From positions 79,866,948-79,930,947 of the forward strand of contig NC_092374.1 in NCBI RefSeq assembly GCF_030028105.1: a stretch of 64,000 bases of DNA. Direction: 5' to 3'. The DNA comes from Mobula birostris. Lineage: Eukaryota. Positions 62,545 to 64,000 of this stretch are shown piece by piece (the first letter of the stretch is position 1; every line of letters starts with the position of its first letter). Below the pieces are notes generated by a model that was not told the DNA's origin, made no database searches, and saw nothing but the letters and a program-made list of their open reading frames with translations. A program made the translations under genes and the position numbers.

Positions 62545-64000
62545 TGGACCTGTGTGGATGACTGTGGTGTGCCTACAAAGATTTGCTGTACTTTGCCAAA
62601 CCAAAAGCCGTGGATGAACCAGGAGGTATGTCGTCTGCTGAAGGCTAGGCCTGTGGCATTTAAGCCTGGCGACACAGGCCTGTACCAGAAAACCAGGTAT
62701 GATTTGCAGAGGGCTATTTCAAGGGCGAAGAGACAATTTTGAACGAGGTTGAAAGCGACATCAGATGCACGGCAACTCTGGCAGGGTCTGCAAAACATTA
62801 CTTCCTACAAAATGAAACCCAATAGTATGAATGGCAGCGATGCTTCACTCACTGCCTTCTATGCCCACTTTGAAAGGGAGAATACAATTACAGCTGTGAA
62901 GATCCCTGCTACACCTGATGACCCCGTGATCTCCGTCTCAGAGGCCAATGTTAGACGGTCTTTAAAGAGAATGAACCCTCACAAGGCAGAAGGTCCCAGT
63001 GGAGTACTTGGTAAGGCTCTGAAAACCTGTGCCAACCAACTAGCGGGAGTATTCAAGGTCATTTTCAACCTCTCACTGCTACAGGCAGAAGTTCCCACTT
63101 GCTTCAAAAAGGCAATAATTATACCAGTGCATGTGGGCTGCCTTAATGACTATCGCCTGGTAGCATTCACATCGACAGTGATGAAATGCTTTGAGAGGTT
63201 GGTTATGACTAGACTGAACTCCTGCATCAGCAAGGACCTGGACCCATTGCAATTTACCTATCACCACAATAGTTCAATGGCTCTCCACACGGCTTTAGAT
63301 CACCTGAACAACACAAACACCTATGTCAGGATGCTGTTCATCAACCATAGGTCAGCATTTAATACCATCACTCCCACAATCCTGATTGAGTAGTTGCAGA
63401 ACCTGGGCCTCTGTACCTCCCTCTGCAATTGCATCCTCGACTTCCTAACTGGAAGACCACAATCTGTGCGGATTGGTGATAACATATCCTTCTCGCTGAC
63501 GATAAACATCGGCGCACCTCAGAGGTGTGTGCTCAACCCACTGTTCTACCCTCTGTATACACATGACTGTGTGGCTAGGCACAGATCAAATACCATCTAT
63601 AAATTTGCTGACAATACAACCACTGTTGGCAGCATCTCGGGTGGTGACGAGACGGCGTACAGGAGTGAGATATGCCAACTAGTGGAGTGGTGTCGCAGCA
63701 ACAACCTGGCACTCAACGTCAGTAAGACAAAAGAGCTGATTGTGGACTTCAGGAAGGGTAAGACGAAGGAACACATATCAATCCTCACAGAGGGATCAGG
63801 AGTGAACAGTTTCAAGCTCCTGGTGTCAAGATCTCTGAGGATCTAATCTGGTCTCAACATATTGATGTAGTTATAAAGAAGGCAAGACAGCAGCTATACT
63901 TTATTAGGAGTTTGAAGAGATTTGGCATGTCAACAAATACACTCAAAAACTTCAATAGATATACCGTGGAGAGCATTCTGACAGGCTGCATCACTGCCTG
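62545..64000 (+). mobile_element. Rex/Babar-type LINE RT region, running off the window
   Basis: [39 protein letters not shown]; several stops. Confidence 0.88.

Overview
Repeat-rich vertebrate DNA, most likely a cartilaginous fish (ray/shark), inferred from the CR1, Rex/Babar-L2, Penelope and V-SINE repeat content and the form of the ZP3 remnant. Host genes: one intact single-coding-exon class A delta-group GPCR (minus, 4917-6023), an intact tRNA-Gln(TTG) with a decayed tandem copy, and two ZP3-like (zona pellucida) multi-exon pseudogenes in a ~5.1 kb tandem duplication that the ORF track does not reveal. The most interesting items are two LTR elements. (1) A young Gmr1-type Gypsy (15693-20677, CATG TSD) whose pol is reduced to small IN/RT/RNaseH islands joined mostly in frame. 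(2) An old pol-less LTR element (~34223-39619) with an ERV-L/lokiretrovirus-like gag and a decayed envelope-like glycoprotein (signal peptide, polybasic site, Cys-rich region, Trp-rich stem, TM). Also present: a 29/30-bp minisatellite grown inside a CR1 LINE with a 618-bp higher-order repeat, decayed minimal hammerhead motifs in Penelope remnants, an 84-bp inverted templated insertion, and a long hairpin. Everything was read by eye. Boundaries of old repeats are approximate and family names are unverified by search.
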